Shown here piece by piece: positions 1 through 12,200 of a stretch of DNA of 64,000 bases (position 1 is the first letter of the stretch; every line of letters starts with the position of its first letter). The notes below the pieces were generated by a model. That model was not told the origin of the DNA. It did no database searches and was given only the letters and a program-made list of their open reading frames with translations. This DNA comes from Antedon mediterranea (lineage: Eukaryota; Animalia; Echinodermata), in contig NC_092671.1 in NCBI RefSeq assembly GCF_964355755.1, forward strand, positions 26,176,070-26,240,069, given 5' to 3'. A program made the position numbers and the translations under genes.

Positions 1-226
1 AAATAAAATAACATCTTAATAGTACAGCAAAAAGTATTAATGTTTTAATCGGATGTACCACGAGTCCGATTATATATTAATAAATTATCCTGAACATAAA
101 TATTTATTTGTAGTATATTATAATTATTATTAAACTATCTTTGCCTTCTCGTCTAAATAAAATGTATAATCATATTGTAGCAGACTTCATTTGTATTTGG
201 AGAATCCTTGTGATACCAGGGTATTT

Positions 227-282
227 CTAATATTCGAATTCACCATCCATTTCCAGTGCCTCAAGAAGGAGCTCATCGGAGC
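227..282 (-). CDS. Terminal coding exon (GSDELLLEALEMDGEFEY*) of the microexon gene
   Basis: Acceptor TATTTTATTTAATTTAAG, phase-1 entry, TAG at 229-227; AATAAA on the minus strand at 108-103. Confidence 0.7.
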
Positions 283-3200
283 CTTAAATTAAATAAAATA
301 TCTAGTTTGTACAATAATGATAGCAACAATAATTCATTTTAAAATGACCAAAACATAAATGGAACGATGGATTGAATTTTGTTGACCAACTTCTCCGTAA
401 CATTACGGTAGTTTATAATCTTGCCATAACTATCGACCAGCAGGAAATGCCATCGGAACTCCTAAGTTTATTTCTGAGGTTAAAGAAAATTAAACTAAGC
501 TCAAAAAGAATATAAGACAGTCTATATGCTAATTCTATAAAATTAAGAAAATGTAAAATAAGATAATATTAAACATTTATTATGTGTTTAAAGTAAAAAA
601 AAAACAGAACAAAATGTCAAAGATAATGGAAAATGTTATTTTGCTAGACGAGAGGCGATATCTCCATCAATGCATACATTGAAGTAGGTCAACCAAACTT
701 AATCACTCGGCACATTAGTGATATGAAATAGTTAATTATTTAATTTTGCCTATCGAAAGCGGAGTGATATTTTCATACACTTGCTAAATTAAAAAATATG
801 TCTGATAATACCTCCTGCTGCTGCAGTGGTGCTGGCCGCTGCTGTAAAATACAAGAAATATCAGAGTCCAATTATTACAATTAACATTATATGATTTACA
901 ATTCACAACATCTTTTTATGCTTTAAATAAAATTCATTTGCTTAATTACAAATCATGTTTCATAATATAATTACCTGCTGCAGCAGTGGAGCTGCCCGCT
1001 GCTGTAAAATAAAAAAGAATCATGGTCCAATTATAACATTATTTGATATACAATTCATAGTATATTTGTTATGCTTTTGATACATTTGATTTGTTTTATT
1101 ACAAATCATGTTTCCTAATAATTATAATTACGATACCTGCTGTAACAGTGTCGCTTTCATCTTGGAAATTTACTTCTGAAATAGATAAAATATAAATTTG
1201 TAACAACAAATGATATTTTTTTTATATTATTATTTAAAAACAAAACGGGAATCTTGTATATTTTTACCAACAAATTATTGGCCTAACTAAAGGATATCTA
1301 TGTCCTTTTTTTTCTTTTTAGATAAAAATGTTCAATATAAGTATACAACTTCATTATTCATTTTAAATTGTTTTTATTTTTCAAATTTAATTGAAAATTG
1401 AACCGTGCGAATCCAATACGTAATCGTGTCGTCATTTACCTTTGCCGTCTCCTAAAATTAGAAAATAAAAATAATATTAATTTAAATATACAAGTACAGC
1501 TACATTCCCTAGATATATTCCAGACAATATTCCAGAGCGCTATGAGTTAACAAAAGTATCATGTCTTCAACATTCAATAAGTAAGTTTATAACACATTAT
1601 AAGGCCTAAAAAGACTACATATGCGTGATTACAAAATAAGTCTGAAAAATTACCTGCTGCCGCAGTGGTGCTAACCGCTGCTATAAAATACAAGAAATAT
1701 CATAGTCCAATTATTACAATTAACATTATTTGATTTACAATTCATAACATCTTTTTATGCTTTAAATAAAATTCATTTGCTTAATTACAAATCATGTTTC
1801 CATTTGCTTAATTACAAATCATGTTTCATAATAATAATTACCTGCTGCAGCAGTGGAGCTGCCCGCTGCTGTAAAATAAAAAAGAATCATGGTCCAATTA
1901 TAACATTATTTGATATACAATTCATAGCATATTTTGTATGCTTTTGATACATTTGATTTGTTTTATTACAAATCATGTTTCCTAATAATTATAATTACGA
2001 TACCTGCTGTAACAGTGTCGCTTTCACCTTGGAAATTTACTTCTGAAATAGATAAAATATAAATTTGTAACAACAAATGATAGATATTGTTTTTATATTA
2101 CAATTTTAAAAAACAAAACCGGAATCTTGTGTATTTTTACTAGAAATTCATTGGCCTTACTAAAGCATCTATGTAGTTATTTTTTTCTGTTTAGAAAAAA
2201 AAGTTTAATATAAGTAATACAAAATATACTAATACAACTTCATTATTCATTTTAAATTGGTTCTTTTTATAATTTAATTGAAAGTTAAACCGTGCGAATC
2301 CAATACGTAATCGTGTCTTCATTTACCTTTGCCGTCTCCTAAAATTAGAAAATAAAAATAATATTAATTTAAATATACAAGTACAGCTACATTCCGTACA
2401 GATATTCCAGACAATATTCCAGAGCGCTACGAGGTAACAAATATAAGATATCTTTATCATTCAATAAGTACGTTCAGTAAGTTTATAACACATTATAAGG
2501 CCTAAAAAAACTACATAGGCGTGATTACAAAATAAGTCTGAAAAATTACCTGCTGCCGCAGTGGTGCTAACCGCTGCTATAAAATACAAGAAATATCATA
2601 GTCCAATTATTACAATTAACATTATATGATTTACAATTCATAACATCTTTTTATGCTTTAAATAAAATTAATTTGCTTAATTACAAATCATGTTTCATAA
2701 TATAATTACCTGCTGCAGCAGTGGAGCTGCCCGCTGCTGTAAAATAAAAAAGAATCATGGTCCAATTATAACATTATTTGATATACAATTCATAGTATAT
2801 TTTGTATGCTTTTGATACATTTGATTTGTTTTATTACAAATCATGTTTCCTAATAATTATAATTACGATACCTGCTGTAACAGTGTCGCTTTCATCTTGG
2901 AAATTTACTTCTGAAATAGATAAAATATAAATTTGTAACAACAAATGATAGATATTGTTTTTATATTACAATTTTAAAAAACAAAACCGGAATCTTGTGT
3001 ATTTTTACTAGAAATTCATTGGCCTTACTAAAGCATCTATGTAGTTATTTTTTTCTGTTTAGAAAAAAAAGTTTAATATAAGTAATACAAAATATACTAA
3101 TACAACTTCATTATTCATTTTAAATTGGTTCTTTTTATAATTTAATTGAAAGTTAAACCGTGCGAATCCAATACGTAATCGTGTCTTCATTTACCTTTGC

Positions 3201-6200
3201 CGTCTCCTAAAATTAGAAAATAAAAATAATATTAATTTAAATATACAAGTACAGCTACATTCCGTACAGATATTCCAGACAATATTCCAGAGCGCTACGA
3301 GGTAACAAATATAAGATATCTTTATCATTCAATAAGTACGTTCAGTAAGTTTATAACACATTATAAGGCCTAAAAAAACTAGATATGCGTGATTACAAAA
3401 TAAGTCTGAAAAATTACCGGCTGCCGCAGTGCTGCTGACCGCTGCTGTAAAATACAAGAAATATCAGAGTCCAATTATTACAATAACATTATTTGATTTA
3501 CAATTCATATCATCTTTTTATGCTTTAAATAAAATTCATTTGCTTAAAGATGTATTGTCCCTTTGTCAAATTCCAAAAACAAACAAAAAAAGATTTCGAA
3601 AAAAAGTGGGTCATTTTGAAGTATCATAATAGTTATTAATTTTCACCAAAAATTAGTCGGAAAAAAATCATTTAACTGAAATACAGACGTTTTTTTGGTT
3701 CAAAAAATAACTTTGACTTCCAGTCAAAGTTTTCTATCAAAACATATCTCATAATGCAACGCGCTTATTTGGCTACTCTGTATGCATAATCATAAAACTT
3801 CTTCGCGATCTGTGTAAGAACACCTTCTCATCCGTGACGAGTTGTAAATAATCCTAATTAGCATCATGCATAATGTATACTCATGGTTTGAAATCTTTGT
3901 TTATTTTCGCTCGGGACAATTATCCAGATGAAATGTAATCAAATTAATTTAGCTGTTAATTACGTAAATTGTTGTTTTAGGCTCGAATTTACGATTTAAG
4001 ATGAATAACTTTAATATTACTTTGATATTTTATTTAAATTTAGAATATTTTGACCTTCATTTTTTTGTGTTTCAATGGACAATACATCTTTAATTACAAA
4101 TCATGTTTCATAATAATAATTACCTGCTGCAGCAGTGGAGCTGCCCGCTGCTGTAAAATAAAAAAGAATCATGGTCCAATTATAACATTATTTGATATAC
4201 AATTCATAGTATATTTTGTATGCTTTTGATACATTTGATTTGTTTTATTACAAATCATGTTTCCTAATAATTATAATTACGATACCTGCTGTAACAGTGT
4301 CGCTTTCATCTTGGAAATTTACTTCTGAAATAGATAAAATATAAATTTGTAACAACAAATGATAGATATTGTTTTTAGTCGCGTGGACGCGACTCTGTAG
4401 TTCACTATGTCGGTCGGTCGGTCTGTCGGTCTTTCTGTCGGTCCGGTATCACTATGCGTTTTATCGCTTTTCTGTACTTTTTGAACTGTTTTGATGTCAA
4501 CATGTGGGCATTTACGTGAAATTGTGCACTTCTATTGTGAATGACGTTAGAGTTGCGCAACGTGATTTACGCGCGATTTAACGATTTTCTCGTATTTAAC
4601 ATAGGTCAAAAACCAAATAACATTTTAAATTGAAACTTTGCAAAAGTTTAATTTATATCAGGCGCTAACTTTCTGTTGAAAAAAAAAAGGTGTTTTACAC
4701 AAAGTTACGCGTGCACGCGCATTTAAAATTTTAAAATTTGCAAAATTAATTTTTAATCAACTTTCTACGCGTTTCTTGTCATCTTGAGCATGTCAAAAAT
4801 TCCCATACGCGCGCAAATGTTTACGCGCGCGGTGCGCACGTAGCATTAAATACATACTTTTTTCGCGTGATTTATGTTTTTGCAGCCTTTTCTAATAATT
4901 TTACCAACTTTTAAACAATTTCGACTTAAAATTACGTCATACGAGCACGTCGAATTGGATAATTTGCGCACGTTTTCGATGAAAAAATTAAAAAATTCGT
5001 CGAAATTATGCCTTTTTAGTCGCGTGGACGAGACTCTATAGTTCACTATGTCGATCGGTCTGTCTGTCGGTCTGTCGGTCTGTCTGTAGGTCCGGTATCA
5101 TTATGCATTGTAGCACGCGACTTAATGGCTGTTGGCCTTGTTATATTACAATTTTAAAAAACAAAATCGGAATCTTGTGTTTTTTTGCCAGCAATTCATT
5201 AGCCTTACTAAGGCAACTATGTAGTTATTTTTTTGTTTAGAAAAAAAAAGTTTAATATAAGTAATACAAAATAAACTAATACAACTTCATTATTCATTTT
5301 AAATTGGGTTTTTTTTTCAAATTTAATTGAAAGAACCGTGCGAATCCAATACGTAATCGTGTCGTCATTTACCTTTGCCGTCTCCTAAAATTAGAAAATA
5401 AAAATAATATTAATTTAAATATACAAGTACAGCTACATTCCGTACAGATATTCCAGACAATATTCCAGAGCGCTACGAGGTAACAAAAGTATCATGTCTT
5501 TAGCATTCAATAAGTAAGTTTATAACACATTATAAGGCCTAAAAAAACTACATATGCGTAATTACAAAATAGGTCTGAAAAATTACCTGCTGCCGCAGTG
5601 GTGCTGACCGCTGCTGTAAAATACAAGAAATATCATAGTCCAATTATTACAATTAACATTATTTAATTTACAATTCACAACATCTTTTTATGCTTTAAAT
5701 AAAATTCATTTGCTTAATTACAAATCATGTTTCATAATAATAATTACCTGCTGCAGCAGTGGAGCTGCCCGCTGCTGTAAAATAAAAAAGAATCATGGTC
5801 CAATTATAACATTATTTGATATACAATTCATAGTATATTTGTTATGCTTTTGATACATTTGATTTGTTTTATTACAAATCATGTTTCCTAATAATTATAA
5901 TTACGATACCTTCTGTAACAGTGTCGCTTTCATCTTGGAAATTTACTTCTGAAATAGATAAAATATAAATTTGTAACAACAAATGATAGATATTGTTTTT
6001 ATATTACAATTTTAAAAAACAAAACCGTAATCTTGTGTATTTTTACTAGCAATTCATTAGCCTTACTAAAGCATCTATGTAGTTATTTTTTTTCTGTTTA
6101 GAAAAGAAAAGTTTAATATAAGTAATACAAAATATACTAATACAACTTCATTATCCATTTTAAATTGGTTTTTTTTTTCAAATTTAATTGAAAGTTGAAT

Positions 6201-9200
6201 CGTGCGAATCCAATACGTAATTGTGTCGTCATTTACCTTTGCCGTCTCCTAAAATTAGAAAATAAAAATAATATTAATTTAAATATACAAGTACAGCTAC
6301 ATTCACTAGAGATATTCCAGACAATATTCCAGAGCGCTACGAGGTAACAAAAGTATCATGGCTTTAGCATTCAATAAGTAAGTTTATAACACATTATAAG
6401 GCCTAAAAAAACTACATATGCGTAATTACAAAATAGGTCTGAAAAATTACCTGCTGCCGCAGTGGTGCTGGCCGCTGCTGTAAAATACAAGAAATATCAT
6501 AGTCCAATTATTACAATTAACATTATATGATTTACAATTCACAACATCTTTTTATGCTTTAAATAAAATTCATTTGCTTAATTACAAATCATGTTTCATA
6601 ATATAATTACCTGCTGCAGCAGTGGAGCTGCCCGCTGCTGTAAAATAAAAAAGAATCATGGTCCAATTATAACATTATTTGATATACAATTCATAGTATA
6701 TTTGTTATGCTTTTGATACATTTGATTTGTTTTATTACAAATCATGTTTCCTAATAATTATAATTACGATACCTGCTGTAACAGTGTCGCTTTCATCTTG
6801 GAAATTTACTTCTGAAATAGATAAAATATAAATTTGTAACAACAAATGATAGATATTGTTTTTAGTCGCGTGGACGCGACTCTGTAGTTCACTATGTCGG
6901 TCGGTCGGTCTGTCGGTCTGTCTGTCGGTCCGGTATCACTATGCGTTTTATCGCTTTTCTGTACTTTTTGAACTGTTTTGATGTCAACATGTGGGCATTT
7001 ACGTGAAATTGTGCACTTCTATTGTGAATGACGTTAGAGTTGCGCAACGTGATTTACGCGCGATTTAACGATTTTCTCGTATTTAACATAGGTCAAAAAC
7101 CAAATAACATTTTAAATTGAAACTTTGCAAAAGTTTAATTTATATCAGGCGCTAACTTTCTGTTGAAAAAAAAAAGGTGTTACACAAAGTTACGCGTGCA
7201 CGCGCATTTAAAATTTTAAAATTTGCAAAATTAATTTTTAATCAACTTTCTACGCGTTTCTTGTCATCTTGAGCATGTCAAAAATTCCCATACGCGCGCA
7301 AATGTTTACGCGCGCGGTGCGCACGTAGCATTAAATACATACTTTTTTCGCGTGATTTATGTTTTTGCAGCCTTTTCTAATAATTTTACCAACTTTTAAA
7401 CAATTTCGACTTAAAATTACGTCATACGAGCACGTCGAATTGGATAATTTGCGCACGTTTTCGATGAAAAAGTTAAAAAATTCGTCGAAATTATGCCTTT
7501 TTAGTCGCGTGGACGCGACTCTATAGTTCACTATGTCGGTCGGTCTGTCTGTCGGTCTGTCGGTCTGTCTGTAGGTCCGGTATCATTATGCATTGTAGCA
7601 CGCGACTTAATGGCTGTTGGCCTTGTTATATTACAATTTTAAAAAACAAAATCGGAATCTTGTGTTTTTTTGCCAGCAATTCATTAGCCTTACTAAAGCA
7701 TCTATGTAGTTATTTTTTTGTTTAGAAAAAAAAAAGTTTAATATAAGTAATACAAAATAAACTAATACAACTTCATTATTCATTTTAAATTGTTTTTTTT
7801 TCAAATTTAATTGAAAGTTGAACCGTGCGAATCCAATACGTAATCGTGTCGTCATTTACCTTTGCCGTCTCCTAAAATTAGAAAATAAAAATAATATTAA
7901 TTTAAATATACAAGTACAGCTAAATTCCCTAGATATATTCCAGACAATATTCCAGAGCGCTATGAGGTAACAAAAGTATCATGCCTTCAACATTCAATAA
8001 GTAAGTTTATAACACATTATAAGGCCTACAAAAACTAGATATGCGTAATAACAAAATAAGTTTGAAAAATTACCTGCTGCCGCAGTGGTGCTAACCGCTG
8101 CTGTAAAATACAAGAAATATCATAGTCCAATTATTACAATTAACATTATTTGATTTACAATTCACAACATCTTTTTATGCTTTAAATAAAATTCATTTGC
8201 TTAATTACAAATCATGTTTCATAATAATAATTACCTGCTGCAGCAGTGGAGCTGCCCGCTGCTGTAAAATAAAAAAGAATCATGGTCCAATTATAACATT
8301 ATTTGATATACAATTCATAGCATATTTTGTATGCTTTTGATACATATGATTTGTTTTATTACAAATCATGTTTCCTAATAATTATAATTACGATACCTGC
8401 TGTAACAGTGTCGCTTTCATCTTGGAAATTTACTTCTGAAATAGATAAAATATAAATTTGTAACAACAAATGATAGATATTGTTTTTATATTACAATTTT
8501 AAAAAACAAAACCGGAATCTTGTGTATTTTTAATAGAAATTCATTGGCCTTACTAAAGCATCTATGTAGTTATTTTTTTCTATTTAGAAAAAAAAGTTTA
8601 ATATAAGTAATACAAAATATACTAATACAACTTCATTATTCATTTTAAATTGGTTCTTTTTATAATTTAATTGAAAGTTAAACCGTGCGAATCCAATACG
8701 TAATCGTGTCTTCATTTACCTTTGCCGTCTCCTAAAATTAGAAAATAAAAATAATATTAATTTAAATATACAAGTACAGCTACATTCCGTACAGATATTC
8801 CAGACAATATTCCAGAGCGCTACGAGGTAACAAATATAAGATATCTTTATCATTCAATAAGTACGTTCAGTAAGTTTATAACACATTATAAGGCCTAAAA
8901 AACCTAGATATGCGTGATTACAAAATAAGTCTGAAAAATTACCTGCTGCCGCAGTGGTGCTGACCGCTGCTGTAAAATACAAGAAATATCAGAGTCCAAT
9001 TATTACAATAACATTATTTGATTTACAATTCATCATCTTTTTATGCTTTAAATAAAATTCATTTGCTTAAAGATGTATTGTCCCTTTGTCAAATTCCAAA
9101 AACAAACAAAAAAAGATTTCGAAAAAAAGTGGGTCATTTTGAAGTATCATAATAGTTATTAATTTTCACCAAAAATTAGTCGGAAAAAAATCATTTAACT

Positions 9201-12200
9201 GAAATACAGACGTTTTTTTTTTGTTCTAAAAATAACTTTGACTTCCAGTCAAAGTTTTCTATCAAAACATATCTCATAATGCAACGCGCTTATTTGGCTA
9301 CTCTGTATGCATAATCATAAAACTTCTTCGCGATCTGTGTAAGAACACCTTCTCATCCGTGACGAGTTGTAAATAATCCTAATTAGCATCATGCATAATG
9401 TATACTCATGGTTTGAAATCTTTGTTTACTTTCGCTCGGGACAATTATCCAGATGAAATGTAATCAAATTAATTTAGCTGTTAATTACGTAAATTGTTGT
9501 TTTAGGCTCGAATTTACGACTTAAGATGAATAACTTTAATATTACTTTGATATTTTATTTAAATTTAGAATATTTTGACCTTCATTTTTTTGTGTTTCAA
9601 TGGACAATACATCTTTAATTACAAATCATGTTTCATAATAATAATTACCTGCTGCAGCAGTGGAGCTGCCCGCTGCTGTAAAATAAAAAAGAATCATGGT
9701 CCAATTATAACATTATTTGATATACAATTCATAGTATATTTGTTATGCTTTTGATACATTTGATTTGTTTTATTACAAATCAGGTTTCCTAATAATTATA
9801 ATTACGATACCTGCTGTAACAGTGTCGCTTTCATCTTGGAAATTTACTTCTGAAATAGATAAAATATAAATTTGTAACAACAAATGATAGATATTGTTTT
9901 TATATTACAATTTTAATAGATAGATATTTATTTATATTACAATTTAACAAAAATCTCTTAATCATCGGAACTTATTTCCATTGTTCAGTTTTTATATTAC
10001 AGTTTTAAGAAACACATATGTAAAGTATCGATATTGACATAACCCCCACTTATTTAAGCGGTAAAGCAGAACGAGCATTGTGAAAACTGTGATGCAGAAC
10101 TTTTTCATAATGTTGTTCGTAAGATAGGAATGGGATAAATTTTAAACTTGGAGCTACTACTAATAAAACCTTCCTACTACATATTGCAGTCATTTTGTAT
10201 GGATGCGTTCATTAGAAAATTGTGTATGACAAACAATCTCTCTTACAATATAAATGATATAATCGTACATACCGAGTTTGTACCTTGCCTCTGTATTATA
10301 CTCAGCAGCTAAAAAATAAATGAACAACCGATTCTCAGTTCTGTGTATATATTTGTATAATTATAATATTCTCCGTCATCTTAGGCAAATTCCGTAATAC
10401 CGCATCAAATGTGTATCATATATGGTGCCCGTATTATGAAAGGTTAAATTAATTAGGTTAGGGTATATGATACATGTGTTACATATGAAACATATGTGAT
10501 CCTGTATCACGGAAGTTGCCTATACTTGTATTGATCCAATTAGTTAGTTACTGTTGCTTAGGCCTATACCAAAATAGGTGTTTATTTCTGTATTTTATAG
10601 GCATGGAATAATTTGCATATCACCTGAAATATTCTCATGTAATGAAATATTTTTCCAAAGGAAAATATTCTGAGTGAACAAACTGATTTTTTTAGGAAAT
10701 GAATTGATAGACATTATCTATTAATACATCTTCTAGTCTAGATCATACAGTATATCGATTTTCTTAAAGCAATATTCCAGAGAACAAAAACAAAAATAAT
10801 GATATTCTCAGCCCGCGATTATGTTCGTACATAAATTGGGGACTCATTGTGTGAAAGCATAGATTAATGAATAGATGGATACGTGTCAACGGTGTGTTGA
10901 ACCGTGAAATGTACAAAAAGTCACATTTGTGCAAACAACCACATTTATGCAAACATGGCACCCTAATTATGTACAAATCTGTAAAAATGTATAATCCACT
11001 AATGAGCAAACATCACGCCGTTAAATGTAAAAAACGATCAGTATTGACGTTAAATGTGCAAATGAAATTCTATAAAGGGTTTTTCAATCAAAATCGTTTA
11101 TTAACAAGGCAGTCGCGTGCTCAAGTTAGTGTTTACCGACCGACCGACCAACCGACCGACATAGTAAGCTGTAGAAAAATGATAACCTAATTCTAAACAG
11201 TCACGGGTTTTTCTAACAATGTTGTTAAGATATAGCCACTTACATATTTAATTATACCACAGGCTGAAATAATCTGTTTTGGAAAAAAAAAATACAATCA
11301 TGTTCGGGAATGCAAGACTGACACGTGATCGCTGCTTGCTGGAGATGATAATCCATACCGTTGGAATTTTTTTTTAAATCAGAATTAACATCAAAACGTA
11401 CTCAAGTAGAAATCGTATGTCTGATTGGTCTATTGACATGTTTGCGTCGAGGATTAATTAACAACAAGATATTGCTGAACAATTATTTTAAATTTCATCC
11501 AAATCGGACTACAAAAGCTCATTTTCTTACGACCGTAATTTTAAGTAGTTAAAAAATAATATGCAATTTTCATATTTGAATTATCTTATTGTTCCGAAAC
11601 CTCCGAAAATTAAATTATAGAATATTAAATCATGCATTCGATCATGAAAATGATGTTCGAAACAAATTATATTCCGGCACAGAGAATGAAATGACAAAAT
11701 GTTATTCCAAAAGACTTGAATGGTATCCCGTGAGAACAGAATAGTGTTCCGAGAGAACGAAAATCTATTCCGAAAGAATGGAATGGTATTCCGTGAGAAC
11801 AGAATAGTGTTAAGAGAGAATGGTATTCCGAAATGTTATTCTGTTAGAACAGAATCGAGTTACTAGAGAACGAACAGATAATCCGAACGAACAGAATAGT
11901 TTTCCGAGAGAACGAAGTGATATTTCGAAAGAATTGAATGGTATTCTGTGAGAACAGAAAAAATGTTACTAAAGAAAGGAGTGATATTACGAAAGAACGG
12001 AATGGAATTGGAAGTCCATGAGAACAGAATAGAGTTACGAGAGAGCAAAGTATTATTCCGAACGAACGGAAAGGTATTCCGTGAGAACTGAAATTGTTAT
12101 ATGAGAGAACGAAATGATATTCCCAGGAAAAAGAACGGAATATTATTCCTATTGCATGAGAACGAATGTGTTACGAGAGTGCGAAGTATTATTCCGAAAG

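Larger units (their letters stand above)
812..9915. repeat. Tandem array of 8 near-identical ~840-900-bp units (exon-intron cassettes of the microexon gene)
   Basis: Unit landmark CTGCTG(C/T)CGCAGTGGTGCT-like recurs at ~815, 1654, 2550, 3418, 5587, 6451, 8074 and 8943; the longer spacings are explained by TE insertions. Confidence 0.97.

Noticed and set aside
430-461. Alternative terminal exon GVPMAFPAGR* (minus)
   Set aside because: Purine-rich, poor acceptor; the 282-227 exon has a better splice context.
4846-7531. Duplicated 66-aa ORFs MNYRV…
   Set aside because: They lie inside the two HINE copies; identity reflects TE duplication.
11258-11263. Possible extra 6-nt microexon (TTTCAG|CCTGTG|GTATAA, minus)
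   Set aside because: In frame, but the donor is weak and such a match can arise by chance; not included without RNA evidence.
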